A DNA stretch of 64,000 bases from an uncultured Chloroflexia bacterium. GTDB taxonomy: Bacteria > Chloroflexota > Limnocylindria > Limnocylindrales > CSP1-4. Both the position numbers and the translations under genes were made by a program. Each line of letters begins with the position of its first letter. Position 1 is the stretch's first letter. Positions 55,701-64,000 of this stretch are shown in pieces. The notes below the pieces were generated by a model that was not told the origin of the DNA, did not search any database, and was given only the letters and a program-made list of their open reading frames with translations. The DNA lies in assembly GCA_963745295.1 (NCBI GenBank), contig CAVUWG010000007.1, forward strand, positions 258,382 to 322,381. The letters are read 5' to 3'.

Positions 55701-58022
55701 TCACTCGCGGGCCAGCATCGCGGCCGCTTCACTCTCGAGGTCGAGGTACTGGTCGTCTCCGACATTGACTTCGACCTGGTGGATCGTCCCGCCATTGAAG
55801 CGATACGGCGACTTGTACTCGACGCTGACCGAGTCCGCGGAGTCACGGCCGATGCACAGGCCGTCACCGCACAGCGTGAACATGCCGATCTGCGCGCGCA
55901 TCGGCCCGGTGGCCACGACATCGTCGTTCACATAGAGCTTCGCCGTGCCCAGTGATTCGTGGTACTTGCCCATGGAGTCCTTGGTGAACTCCACGCCGAG
56001 CACGTACTTACCGGGCTGAAGCACGTCAGAGACGAACTGCTGCTCGGGCGGAACGCCCAGGAAGTTGTAGACGTACCACAGCTTCTGGTCCTTCAGGAAC
56101 AGCGCATGGCCACCGAATCGAGACCCGTGCGCGAAGATCACACCGCTCGCCTCCGGCGTGCCGATGGTCACATCCGCGAGGATCCGGAACGAGCGGCCGC
56201 GCACGTTCGCCGCCACCGCCTCCGGCACGTCGGCCGTGTCCGGGTAGTAGACGTACGTGTTGCGAGGCGGCTCAGGCTGCGGTCGTGGATCGTTGATGAT
56301 CTCGATGGGCAGGCGATCGTCCAACGGCAGAACGTTGAACTTCTCCGCTTCCTCGAACCAGGCCGCGATCAGTTGCTTCAACCGTTCGGGTTCCTGGGCC
56401 GCCAGATCGTGAGCCTCACTCCGATCGACCTCGGTGTGGAAGAGCTGCCACACGTCGTCGTCGAAATGGCCCAGACCGGACGTGGGGCCGTGGACGGTGA
56501 CGGCCTTCCAGCCGTCCTCCCAGATCCCGCGGGTGCCGAGCATCGCGTAGTACTGGCGCTTCTTGGGCGTCGGCGCGTCGGCATGATCGAACGAGTACTT
56601 CATCGAGTTGCCAGGCAACGGGACCTGCTCGTGACCGTTGAGGACCTCGGGGAATTCCAGACCGACGCACTCGAGGATGGTCGGCACGACGTCGATCGAG
56701 TGGTGGTACTGGTGGCGCACCTCGCCCTTGGCCTTGATGCCCTTGGGCCAGTGGATGACCATCGGGTCGCTGATGCCGCCCTGGTAGCTGTAGCGCTTGA
56801 ACATGCGGAACGGTGTCGAAAACGCCATCGCCCAGCCGGTCGGGTAGTGGTTGTACGTGTTCGGGCTACCCAGGTCGTCGAGGTGCTTCAGGTTCTCGGA
56901 CATCTCGTCCGGCCACCCGTTGAAGAACTTGTTCTCGTTGACCGAGCCGTTCGGCGATCCCTCGCCGGAAGCGCCGTTGTCGGCGCAGTAGAAGATCAGC
57001 GTGTTGTCCAGCTGGCCGGTCTCCTCGAGGTAATCGACGATCCGGCCGACTTGCGCGTCGGTGTACTCACTGAAGCCCGCATACACCTCGGCCATGTGCG
57101 AGAAGAGCTTCTTTTCGTCGTCGGAGAGCGATGCCCACGGACGCACGTCGTCAGCCGGCGAGTGGGTCCCCTCCGGCATCGGGTTCATGGGCGTCAGCTC
57201 GGTGCCCTCGGGAAAGATGCCTTTCTCGATCATCCGCGGCAGCACCCACTCGCGGTAGGCCTCGTAGCCGTCGTCGAACTTGCCCTTGTACTTGTCGATG
57301 TACTCCTGCGGTGCGTGGTGCGGGGCGTGGTTGGCGCCCGGGCAGAACCACTGGAGCCATGGCCGCGACGGGGCGCTCGCCTTGACGTCGCGGATCATCT
57401 GGATGGCGTGATCGGCCAGATCCTTCGAGAGGTGGTAGCCCTCCTCGGGGGAGTACGGCTGCTCGATGTAGTGGTTGTCGTGGACGAGATCCGGATACCA
57501 GTTGTTCGTCTCGCCGCCGAGGAAGCCGTAGAAGCCGTCCCAGCCCTGGTGGAGCGGCCAGGTCTCCTTGGTGCCGCCCTGCGCCAGGTCGTCGACCGGC
57601 ACGTTGTGGTTCTTGCCCAGCCAGAACGTGCTGTACCCGTTCTGGCGCATGACCTCCGCCATGGTCCCGCACCCAGGGGGGATGTGGGCACTCGCGCCCG
57701 GGTAGCCGATCGATCCCTCGGTGATGCACGCCATCCCGTTCTGGTGGTGGTTGCGGCCGGTCAGGAACGTCGAGCGCGTCGGCGAACAGAGCGCGGTCGT
57801 GTGCCACTGGCTGTATGTCAGGCCGCCGTCGGCCAGCTTCTGCATCGTCGGCATCTGGATCCGCCCGCCGAACGGCGACCAGGCCGCCAGGCCCGTGTCG
57901 TCGTACAGGACGATCAGGACGTTCGGCGCATCCTTGGGCGGTTTCGCCGGGGTGAACGGCGCCCAATCGGGGGTCGAGTCCCGGACGTCAAGCTTGATCG
58001 TGCCATTGAACGACGTCGCCAC
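55701..58022 (-). CDS. Arylsulfatase (Cys-type, formylglycine-dependent)
   Basis: 'NVLIVLYDDTGLAAWSPFGG', 'TTALCSPTRSTFLTGRNHH' (CxPxR FGly motif) and 'GKNHN'. GGGAGGTG RBS lies before GTG 58022. Confidence 0.9.
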   Translation of the reverse strand: MATSFNGTIKLDVRDSTPDWAPFTPAKPPKDAPNVLIVLYDDTGLAAWSPFGGRIQMPTMQKLADGGLTYSQWHTTALCSPTRSTFLTGRNHHQNGMACITEGSIGYPGASAHIPPGCGTMAEVMRQNGYSTFWLGKNHNVPVDDLAQGGTKETWPLHQGWDGFYGFLGGETNNWYPDLVHDNHYIEQPYSPEEGYHLSKDLADHAIQMIRDVKASAPSRPWLQWFCPGANHAPHHAPQEYIDKYKGKFDDGYEAYREWVLPRMIEKGIFPEGTELTPMNPMPEGTHSPADDVRPWASLSDDEKKLFSHMAEVYAGFSEYTDAQVGRIVDYLEETGQLDNTLIFYCADNGASGEGSPNGSVNENKFFNGWPDEMSENLKHLDDLGSPNTYNHYPTGWAMAFSTPFRMFKRYSYQGGISDPMVIHWPKGIKAKGEVRHQYHHSIDVVPTILECVGLEFPEVLNGHEQVPLPGNSMKYSFDHADAPTPKKRQYYAMLGTRGIWEDGWKAVTVHGPTSGLGHFDDDVWQLFHTEVDRSEAHDLAAQEPERLKQLIAAWFEEAEKFNVLPLDDRLPIEIINDPRPQPEPPRNTYVYYPDTADVPEAVAANVRGRSFRILADVTIGTPEASGVIFAHGSRFGGHALFLKDQKLWYVYNFLGVPPEQQFVSDVLQPGKYVLGVEFTKDSMGKYHESLGTAKLYVNDDVVATGPMRAQIGMFTLCGDGLCIGRDSADSVSVEYKSPYRFNGGTIHQVEVNVGDDQYLDLESEAAAMLARE

Positions 58023-58181
58023 TTCGCACCTCCCTGCGGTCGAGGGAGCGGGCGCGTTGGGGCGGGCGCTACCTGTGGACCGGACCAGTATCGATCTCTA
58101 CGCGCTCGACTCGATTGTAGGCAGACGTCGCGCGTGGGCGTCGCCCGGTCGCATCCAGCGACTCGCAGTCAGCCACTCGGC

Positions 58182-58532
58182 TCAGGACAAGTCGAGGTCC
58201 TCGAAGGAGCGGTCGATGTCGTAGCCGATGCTGAGGGCCAGCTTTGGGGCTGCGCAAACGACGTTGGCCGACCCGACGATCGGCGCGACCGCCAGGAGCG
58301 TGTCGACGAGATCATCGACCGTCGCTCCGGCGATCAGCGCGCTCGAGGCCGTGGCCGCGAACGAGGTCGTGGAGCCGCCCATGGCGACCAGCGCTGCGAG
58401 GCGAACGAGTGCCGTCATGCGCGCGTCGAGGCAGCCTCGCCCGGTCGCATCGCCGTGTCCGCCGAGGACGTCCTCGAGCAGCCGGTCGTCGGAGAGCGCG
58501 AGCCGCCTGAGCGTTTCCTCGGTGACCGCCAT
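58182..58532 (-). CDS. Carboxymuconolactone decarboxylase (AhpD-like) family protein
   Basis: 'LDARMTALVRLAALVAMGGS...ALIAGATVDDLVDTLLAVAPIVG' is the CMD-domain pattern. ATG 58532 has an AAGGA RBS; ATG 58565 is the alternative. Confidence 0.7.
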   Translation of the reverse strand: MAVTEETLRRLALSDDRLLEDVLGGHGDATGRGCLDARMTALVRLAALVAMGGSTTSFAATASSALIAGATVDDLVDTLLAVAPIVGSANVVCAAPKLALSIGYDIDRSFEDLDLS

Positions 58533-58657
58533 CGCGATAGTCCTTGACGGAAAGTGGTTGGTCATCGGCAGCCCCGATTCCGCTCCGTCGGGCAGTGGCC
58601 GGCATCATCCACTCCGGATGAAACGCCGCGTCGATGTGGCCTCGCGTCGCGTGTCGT

Positions 58658-60943
58658 TCAGGCGCCGCGCGCGACGGTCGCGGGCGCTGTGCCTTCCAGC
58701 AGGCCGAACTCGAGGGCCTGCTCCACGGCTTCCGACCGCGATGAGACGTCCAGCTTGCGGTAGATCGACTTCGCCTGCGTCTTGACCGTGTTCGTCGAGA
58801 GGACCATGCGCTCGGCGATGTCCGGGAACGTCAGGTGCGTGGCCAGCAGCGGCAGCAAGCGGAGCTCTGCGACGGTGAGCGTGGAGCTCCCCAGGGTCAT
58901 CCCGCCGGCCGCCTCCAGTCGGTGCTCGATCTCCCTGACCTCCCCTTCCAGGGCACCGAGACCGCCGCGCCGGGCGGTGATCTCGGCGACCTCGGTCATC
59001 AGGAGGCGCGCGCCGCTCGGGTCGCCGAGCGCGAGATGCGTCGTGGCCAGATCGATGCGAACCCGGACCGCGAGCCATGGGATGGCGTGGTTGAGCATCG
59101 GTCGCAACCGTTGCGCGTGGGCGAGGTCTGCCCGCGCCTGGTTGACCGTCCCGCGATGGGCCGCGATCCTCGCCGAGACCGCGTCGACCGCGAGCCCGAC
59201 GGCCTGCTCCTCCAGGTGCCCATCGCGCACGACCGCGCGGGCAAGTCGAACATGGCCCTCGGCGGCTGCCCACGCCCCACGCCGGATCGCCAGCGACGCC
59301 CGCTCGGCGAGGGCCAGCCCGGTCGCGGTATTGGTGTGTGCGCTGGCGAGCGCGACATCGAGCGCATCGGCGATCCGCGCATCGGCCTGATCCGGCTCCC
59401 CGTTCAGGTCGAGGGCGATGCCGACCAGGATGCGCGCCGCCGGCCCGAACGGATGGGCGACGGGCAATCCCGCTGCGGCGGCCTCCGCGTCCCGCGACAT
59501 GGCTTCGACTCCGTCACGGCACAGGACCGATCGGACGAACCGACCAAGGGCGGTCGTGACGACGTCGTGATCGCCGGAGCTCGACGCCAGGTCAGCCCAG
59601 CGCTCGGCACGCCCGGGGTCGCCGACGAAGGCGAAGAACATGGCCCCGAACCACGAAGCGGTCGGGTCGGCATCGCCGTGCTCGTGGCCCTCGAGCCAGT
59701 CATACCACCGGCGAACGGTCTCGGAGCGGCCGGCGTTGAACGCGCGTTGCGACTGTCTCGGCAACAGCCGCCGGACGCGATCGAGATCGGAGGCGGCGAA
59801 CGCATAGCGCAGGGCGGCGTCGAGATCGCCGGCCTCCTCGTGCCAGTCCGAAGCCCGCTCGCTGATCTCCCGGACGCCGAGGGGATCGTGCTCGGTCGCC
59901 TTCGTCAACAGGGAATCGTGGAGCAGCGTGTGATATCGAAACCAGCGTCCTTCCCCGTCCATCGGGATCAACAACAGGTTCGATCGCGCGAGCGCTTCGA
60001 GCGTGCTGGCGGAGTCGGATCTCTCCAGGGCGTGGTCGCACAACGGCGCACTCAGACGCTCCAGCGGCGCCGTGCGCAGCAGGAAACTGACTTCCTGATC
60101 GGACAGCCGGTCCAGCAGCTCCGTCCGGAGGTACTCATCAACGAGGCCGTGACCCGCCGGCAGGGCGGCCGTGGGTCCATCGGACCCGCCGTCCCCGGCT
60201 CGCGTCGTCAGGGCCATCAGGTACAGACCGGCCGGCCAGCCCTCGGCAGCGGCGTTGAGTTCGCGTACCTCGTCCGTGGATCGCCGCCGTCCGGTCCCGC
60301 TGAGGAGGGCCATCGCTTCCTCGTCGTCGAGCCGCAGGTCGTCCCGCTCCAGGAGCATCAGCCGCTCCGCCGCCATCAGGCGAGGGATCGGCAACCCCTC
60401 GATCGAGCGAGTCGCGATCGCGATCTGGGACCCGTCCGGGAGGTGGGCGGCGAGGGCCACGATCACGTCGAGGGATTCCTGGTTGTGCATGCGTTCGAGG
60501 TCGTCGAGCACCAGCAGGAATGGCGTCTCGGCGCGGGCGATCGCCGAGCCGAGGACGGGCACGGCCGTCGCCCAGATCGATGGGCCGACCCCGCCGGTCG
60601 CGGAGACCTTGTCCCGGCCGATCCCGATCGCCCGGTCGATCGCGACCGCGATGTAGCCCAGCAGGATGGCCGGATCGTCATCCCGTTCGTCCAGCTGGAG
60701 CCAGATCGCCTTTCGCGTCGTCGCCGTCGCCCATTCGGCCAGGACGGTCGACTTGCCGTATCCGGCGGGCGCGGCCAGGACGACGAGCGGCACGCCGGAT
60801 CCAGCCTCAAGCCGCTCCACGAGGCGCGGTCGGGCGATGAGACCGGACCGCCAGGCGGGCGACGCCAGCTTCGTCTCGAGGATGGGGTACCCACCGGGCA
60901 AGGTAGCCTGAACCACCTGGCCCCGGTCCAGCGTGACGGTCAA
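58658..60943 (-). CDS. LAL-type (large ATP-binding) LuxR-family transcriptional regulator
   Basis: Walker A 'LAAPAGYGKST', Walker B 'FLLVLDDLE', a long helical-repeat middle region and a C-terminal LuxR HTH 'LTVAELRLLPLLATHLTFPDIAERMVLSTNTVKTQAKSIYRKLDV'. Confidence 0.85.
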   Translation of the reverse strand: MTVTLDRGQVVQATLPGGYPILETKLASPAWRSGLIARPRLVERLEAGSGVPLVVLAAPAGYGKSTVLAEWATATTRKAIWLQLDERDDDPAILLGYIAVAIDRAIGIGRDKVSATGGVGPSIWATAVPVLGSAIARAETPFLLVLDDLERMHNQESLDVIVALAAHLPDGSQIAIATRSIEGLPIPRLMAAERLMLLERDDLRLDDEEAMALLSGTGRRRSTDEVRELNAAAEGWPAGLYLMALTTRAGDGGSDGPTAALPAGHGLVDEYLRTELLDRLSDQEVSFLLRTAPLERLSAPLCDHALERSDSASTLEALARSNLLLIPMDGEGRWFRYHTLLHDSLLTKATEHDPLGVREISERASDWHEEAGDLDAALRYAFAASDLDRVRRLLPRQSQRAFNAGRSETVRRWYDWLEGHEHGDADPTASWFGAMFFAFVGDPGRAERWADLASSSGDHDVVTTALGRFVRSVLCRDGVEAMSRDAEAAAAGLPVAHPFGPAARILVGIALDLNGEPDQADARIADALDVALASAHTNTATGLALAERASLAIRRGAWAAAEGHVRLARAVVRDGHLEEQAVGLAVDAVSARIAAHRGTVNQARADLAHAQRLRPMLNHAIPWLAVRVRIDLATTHLALGDPSGARLLMTEVAEITARRGGLGALEGEVREIEHRLEAAGGMTLGSSTLTVAELRLLPLLATHLTFPDIAERMVLSTNTVKTQAKSIYRKLDVSSRSEAVEQALEFGLLEGTAPATVARGA

Positions 60944-61197
60944 TGTCCGATCCCCGACTTGGGACGAAGCCTCTCTGCCCCGTCTGCGCGCGCAGACCGC
61001 AAATCGTACGCGGGGTACTCGCCGCCGTCCAGTTTCGACTCTCGTGGCTGGGGAACCCCACGGATCCGTCGCCTACTCGTGGGTGACGCCTCTGGCCATC
61101 AGGCGGGTATGCTCAGGACGAAGCACGGCCTGGGAAAGCGCCTTGCCGTCGCGGCCGGTCACGGCCGACCCAGCGGTGCACCGAGGGAGTCCCCACC

Positions 61198-63348
61198 TTG
61201 AGCGGTCCGATCGATATCCTGCGGACCCAGATCCACATCCTGTGGAACTGGCAGGGCGGTCCGTTGGCGCTGTTCAAGCGCCTGGTCATCACGCTGATCG
61301 TCTCGATGATCGCGCTCGCGGTGACCGCGGCCATCCTGCCGGGCATCACGGTCGACAGCGTGTGGGCCGGGATCCTGGCGATCGTCTTCATGGCGCTGTT
61401 CAACGCGATCGTCCGACCGATCCTGTTGGCCTTCGTCGCGCCCAGGTCGCTGATCCTGACCGCGGTCCTGGTGCTCGTGCTGCAGGTCGCCGCGTTCCTG
61501 TTCGTCGCCCCCCTCGCACCCGGCTTCCACGTGTCCAGCTTCGCGAACGCGCTCGTCGGGTCGTTCATCTACGCGATCGTCGACACTGTCCTGGTCTCGC
61601 TCTTCGCGATCGATCGCACCGGTTCCTACTTCGGCCTGCTGGTCCAGAGCCTGATGGCCAAGGGGGGCGGGCCGAAGACCGATGCGCCGGGCCTCGTGAT
61701 CATCCAGATCGACGGCCTCGCGCACCCGATCCTCGCGGGCCGGGTGCGGGCCGGATCCGTCAACACGATCGGCAGCTGGATCCGGGAGGACACGCACAAG
61801 CTGTCGCGCTGGGAAGCGCTCCTGCCGTCGATGACATCGGCGAGCCAGGCCGGCATCCTCCACGGCACGAACGACGGGATCCCCGCATTCCGCTGGTATG
61901 AACGCGATCGACAGAAGCTGATGGTGTCGAGCAACCCCGACGACGCCGCGGAGATCGTCCGCCGGCTGTCGAACGGTGAGGGTCTGCTCTCGAACAACGG
62001 GGTCAGCATCTGCAATCTCATGACCGGTGACGCGGCGCGGGCCTACATCACGACCGGCGCCATCCGCGACGAGTCCCAGGGGCTGGGTGACAGCAAGGCG
62101 TTCTACAGCTTCTTCCTGAGCCCGAGCGGGTACCTACGCTCGTTCACGCTCTTCCTTGGGGAGTTCGCCAAGGAACGCTTCCAGGCCCGCCGCACGCGAC
62201 GGTCGGGCGTCCAGCCCCAGATGCATCGCGGGATGAAGTACGCGGGCATGCGGGCCGCGAGCAACGTCCTGCTGCGGGACGTCAACACTTCGCTGATCAT
62301 CGAGGAGATGTACCGCGGAGCGAACGTCATCTACGCGGACTTCACCGACTACGACGAGCTGGCGCATCACTGCGGCCCGGAACGGGTCGAATCGTTCGAG
62401 GCGCTTGACGGGGTCGACCGGGCGATCGGGACGCTGGCGCTCGCCGCCAAGGACGCCCCACGCCCGTACAAGTTCGTCGTCCTCTCGGACCATGGCCAGA
62501 GCCTCGGCGCGACCTTCAAGCAGCGCTACGGCCAAAGCCTCGGGGAGGTCGTTCGCGACCTGATGAGCGGGCGGGCCATCGTCATCCAGGCCAAGACCCG
62601 GGCGGAGGGGTCGACCTTCGTCAACGCGTTCCTGTCGGAGATCACGCGCAGCAAGGGCGTCGGACCGACCGTGGCTCGCGCCGCACTCGCCAGCCGGACC
62701 ACGGACGGCGTCGTGGACCTCGACGGCCAGGAACCGCCACCGCCGGCCGACGAATCGACGATCGCGGTGGTCGGCTCTGGCAACCTCGGCCTCGTCTGGT
62801 TCACCGGCCACGAACATCGGCTGAGCATCGAGGAGCTCGAAGAGCTCCATCCCCACCTGGTCGAGAACCTCGCAGCGCATCCCGGGGTCGGCCTCTTGAT
62901 GGTCCGGACCAACGACCATGGCGCGGTCGTCCTCGGCTCGCGGGGACTCCGCTATCTCGACGAAGACCGGATCGAGGGCGAGGATCCAACGGAACTGTTC
63001 GGGCCACACACGGTCATGAGCCTGCAGCGTGAGGACGCGATGGAGCATGCGCCCGACCTGCTCCTGCTCAGCCAGTACGACCCGGAGATGGGTGAGGTGG
63101 CCGCTTTCGAGGAACTCATCGGATCCCATGGCGGGCTCGGCGGCCCGCAGACGGAGCCGTTCATCCTCCACCCCGTCGAGTGGACGCTGGACGAGGAGAT
63201 CCCGCTCGGCGCCCCGGCCATCTATCGGAACCTCCGCCGTTGGCTCGAGTCGATCGACATCCACCTCGGCAAGGCGCCGGCCCCGGCGGCCGCGGCGTCG
63301 GCAGCGACCCCGCCCGTCGAACCCGTCGCCGCGTCGCCAGGCGGCTGA
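61198..63348 (+). CDS. Fusion of a 4-TMS phage-holin-superfamily-IV-like membrane domain with an alkaline-phosphatase/nucleotide-pyrophosphatase-superfamily domain
   Basis: N-terminus 'AAILPGITVDSVWAGILAIVFMALFNAIVRPILL...FVAPLAPGFHVSSFANALVGSFIYAIV' is a holin_4_2-like internal repeat. The body has 'VIIQIDGL', 'PSMTSASQAGILHG', 'DYDELAHHCGP' and 'VVLSDHGQS' metal/nucleophile motifs. TTG start. Confidence 0.8.
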   Translation: MSGPIDILRTQIHILWNWQGGPLALFKRLVITLIVSMIALAVTAAILPGITVDSVWAGILAIVFMALFNAIVRPILLAFVAPRSLILTAVLVLVLQVAAFLFVAPLAPGFHVSSFANALVGSFIYAIVDTVLVSLFAIDRTGSYFGLLVQSLMAKGGGPKTDAPGLVIIQIDGLAHPILAGRVRAGSVNTIGSWIREDTHKLSRWEALLPSMTSASQAGILHGTNDGIPAFRWYERDRQKLMVSSNPDDAAEIVRRLSNGEGLLSNNGVSICNLMTGDAARAYITTGAIRDESQGLGDSKAFYSFFLSPSGYLRSFTLFLGEFAKERFQARRTRRSGVQPQMHRGMKYAGMRAASNVLLRDVNTSLIIEEMYRGANVIYADFTDYDELAHHCGPERVESFEALDGVDRAIGTLALAAKDAPRPYKFVVLSDHGQSLGATFKQRYGQSLGEVVRDLMSGRAIVIQAKTRAEGSTFVNAFLSEITRSKGVGPTVARAALASRTTDGVVDLDGQEPPPPADESTIAVVGSGNLGLVWFTGHEHRLSIEELEELHPHLVENLAAHPGVGLLMVRTNDHGAVVLGSRGLRYLDEDRIEGEDPTELFGPHTVMSLQREDAMEHAPDLLLLSQYDPEMGEVAAFEELIGSHGGLGGPQTEPFILHPVEWTLDEEIPLGAPAIYRNLRRWLESIDIHLGKAPAPAAAASAATPPVEPVAASPGG

Positions 63349-63387
63349 CCGACCCGGGAGCTGACCGGCCCTGACCGGACCGGCGCC

Positions 63388-64000
63388 TCAGGGCAGCGTG
63401 GCCGGCACGCTCAGCGCGAACCCGACGACCGTCGCGACGCCGGCAGCGCGTCGGCCGCGTTCGAACGCGAACGGCATCAGCGAATCGGTGAGCATCGCGA
63501 GCAGGCCGCCGGCTGCGATCGCGGCGAAACGGTCGCCTGTCACCAGGGGGCTGGCGGAGGCCAGCAGGTAGCCCACCCCGGACGCGGCCGCGGAGGCGAT
63601 CACGACCGCGCCCCACACGGTCGCGAGCCGGCTCCGCGACCAGCCGGCCTTGACCAGGTCGGCCGATGGGGCGAGCGCCTGCGGGATGTTCGAGACGATG
63701 ACCGCGGCCAGGAAGGCGACGCTCAGGGGGCTCCCGGTCGCCACGCCGACCCCGAAGATGAGCGACTCCGGGATCCCGTCGACGACCGCGCCGAGGACGA
63801 TGCCCAGCGGACTCGCCGGTGCCTCCGCGGGCGGCCCATCGGCCGGGGCATCGCCGGGTGGTGACCCGAACCGGCGCTCCACCAGGGCGTCCCCGATGAC
63901 GAAGATCGCGGCGCCCACCAGGAGCCAGAGCATCGTCTCGTAGCCGCCCAGCGACCCCTCCGCCTCGATGATCAGGTCGAAGGCGACGGCGCCGATGATC
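63388..64000 (-). CDS. ZIP-family metal transporter (second paralogue), 5' end beyond the window
   Basis: 'VDGIPESLIFGVGV', 'AVIVSNIPQAL', 'AAGGLLAMLTDSLMPFAFERG'. The frame stays open upstream of Met 63933 ('IIGAVAFDLIIEAEGSLGGYET') to the window edge. Confidence 0.8.
   Translation of the reverse strand, partial: IIGAVAFDLIIEAEGSLGGYETMLWLLVGAAIFVIGDALVERRFGSPPGDAPADGPPAEAPASPLGIVLGAVVDGIPESLIFGVGVATGSPLSVAFLAAVIVSNIPQALAPSADLVKAGWSRSRLATVWGAVVIASAAASGVGYLLASASPLVTGDRFAAIAAGGLLAMLTDSLMPFAFERGRRAAGVATVVGFALSVPATLP

Overview
High-GC (about 70%) bacterial chromosomal segment. The style looks Actinomycetota-like: frequent GTG starts, ATGA start/stop overlaps, SARP, LAL-LuxR and ECF/ZAS regulators, a Rieske gene in the suf operon, and a sugar ABC system with no ATPase gene. 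This taxon guess is inference only. I support about 60 protein-coding genes or gene remnants, one SAM-I riboswitch, one promoter candidate, one terminator and two short tandem repeats. By eye I found no rRNA, tRNA, CRISPR array, transposase or integrase.

Content from left to right:
- SARP regulator, mdh and ATP-type pckA.
- SAM-riboswitch-controlled ThrC-like plus GG-terminated ThiS/MoaD-like pair.
- Non-phosphorylative L-fucose-type catabolic cluster with ABC importer.
- Cystathionine gamma-lyase/GNAT/cystathionine beta-synthase.
- plsC-lgt, DoxX/MarR, ECF sigma/anti-sigma and Lrp.
- Er-VIT1 iron exporter, then ornithine cyclodeaminase plus FAD oxidase.
- A tightly coupled 8-gene minus-strand operon (29.3-39.1 kb) with a divergent AcpS.
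- An atypical suf operon: sufB, a CYTH-like gene, sufD and a Rieske gene, with no sufC/S/U.
- ZIP transporters, PLD-family enzyme and a tandem AI-2E transporter.
- MscS, FGE, a Cys-type sulfatase plus MFS, a LAL regulator and a holin-IV/alkaline-phosphatase fusion.

The most interesting locus is the 29.3-39.8 kb operon. It is built around a tRNA-independent amino acid:[carrier protein] ligase, a truncated SerRS-like class II synthetase. With it come a dedicated carrier protein and PPTase, an acyl-CoA-dehydrogenase-like enzyme, a DUF1839/BtrH-like protein, a GH2 enzyme, a fused double alpha/beta-hydrolase and a two-component flavin monooxygenase. The products of such cassettes are essentially uncharacterised.

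Caveat: the window contains at least 11 reading-frame disruptions. Seven of them fall in just two genes of that operon. They are either real pseudogenisation or local assembly indels. All start codons are inferred from homology onset, RBS and frame arithmetic, not from experiment.
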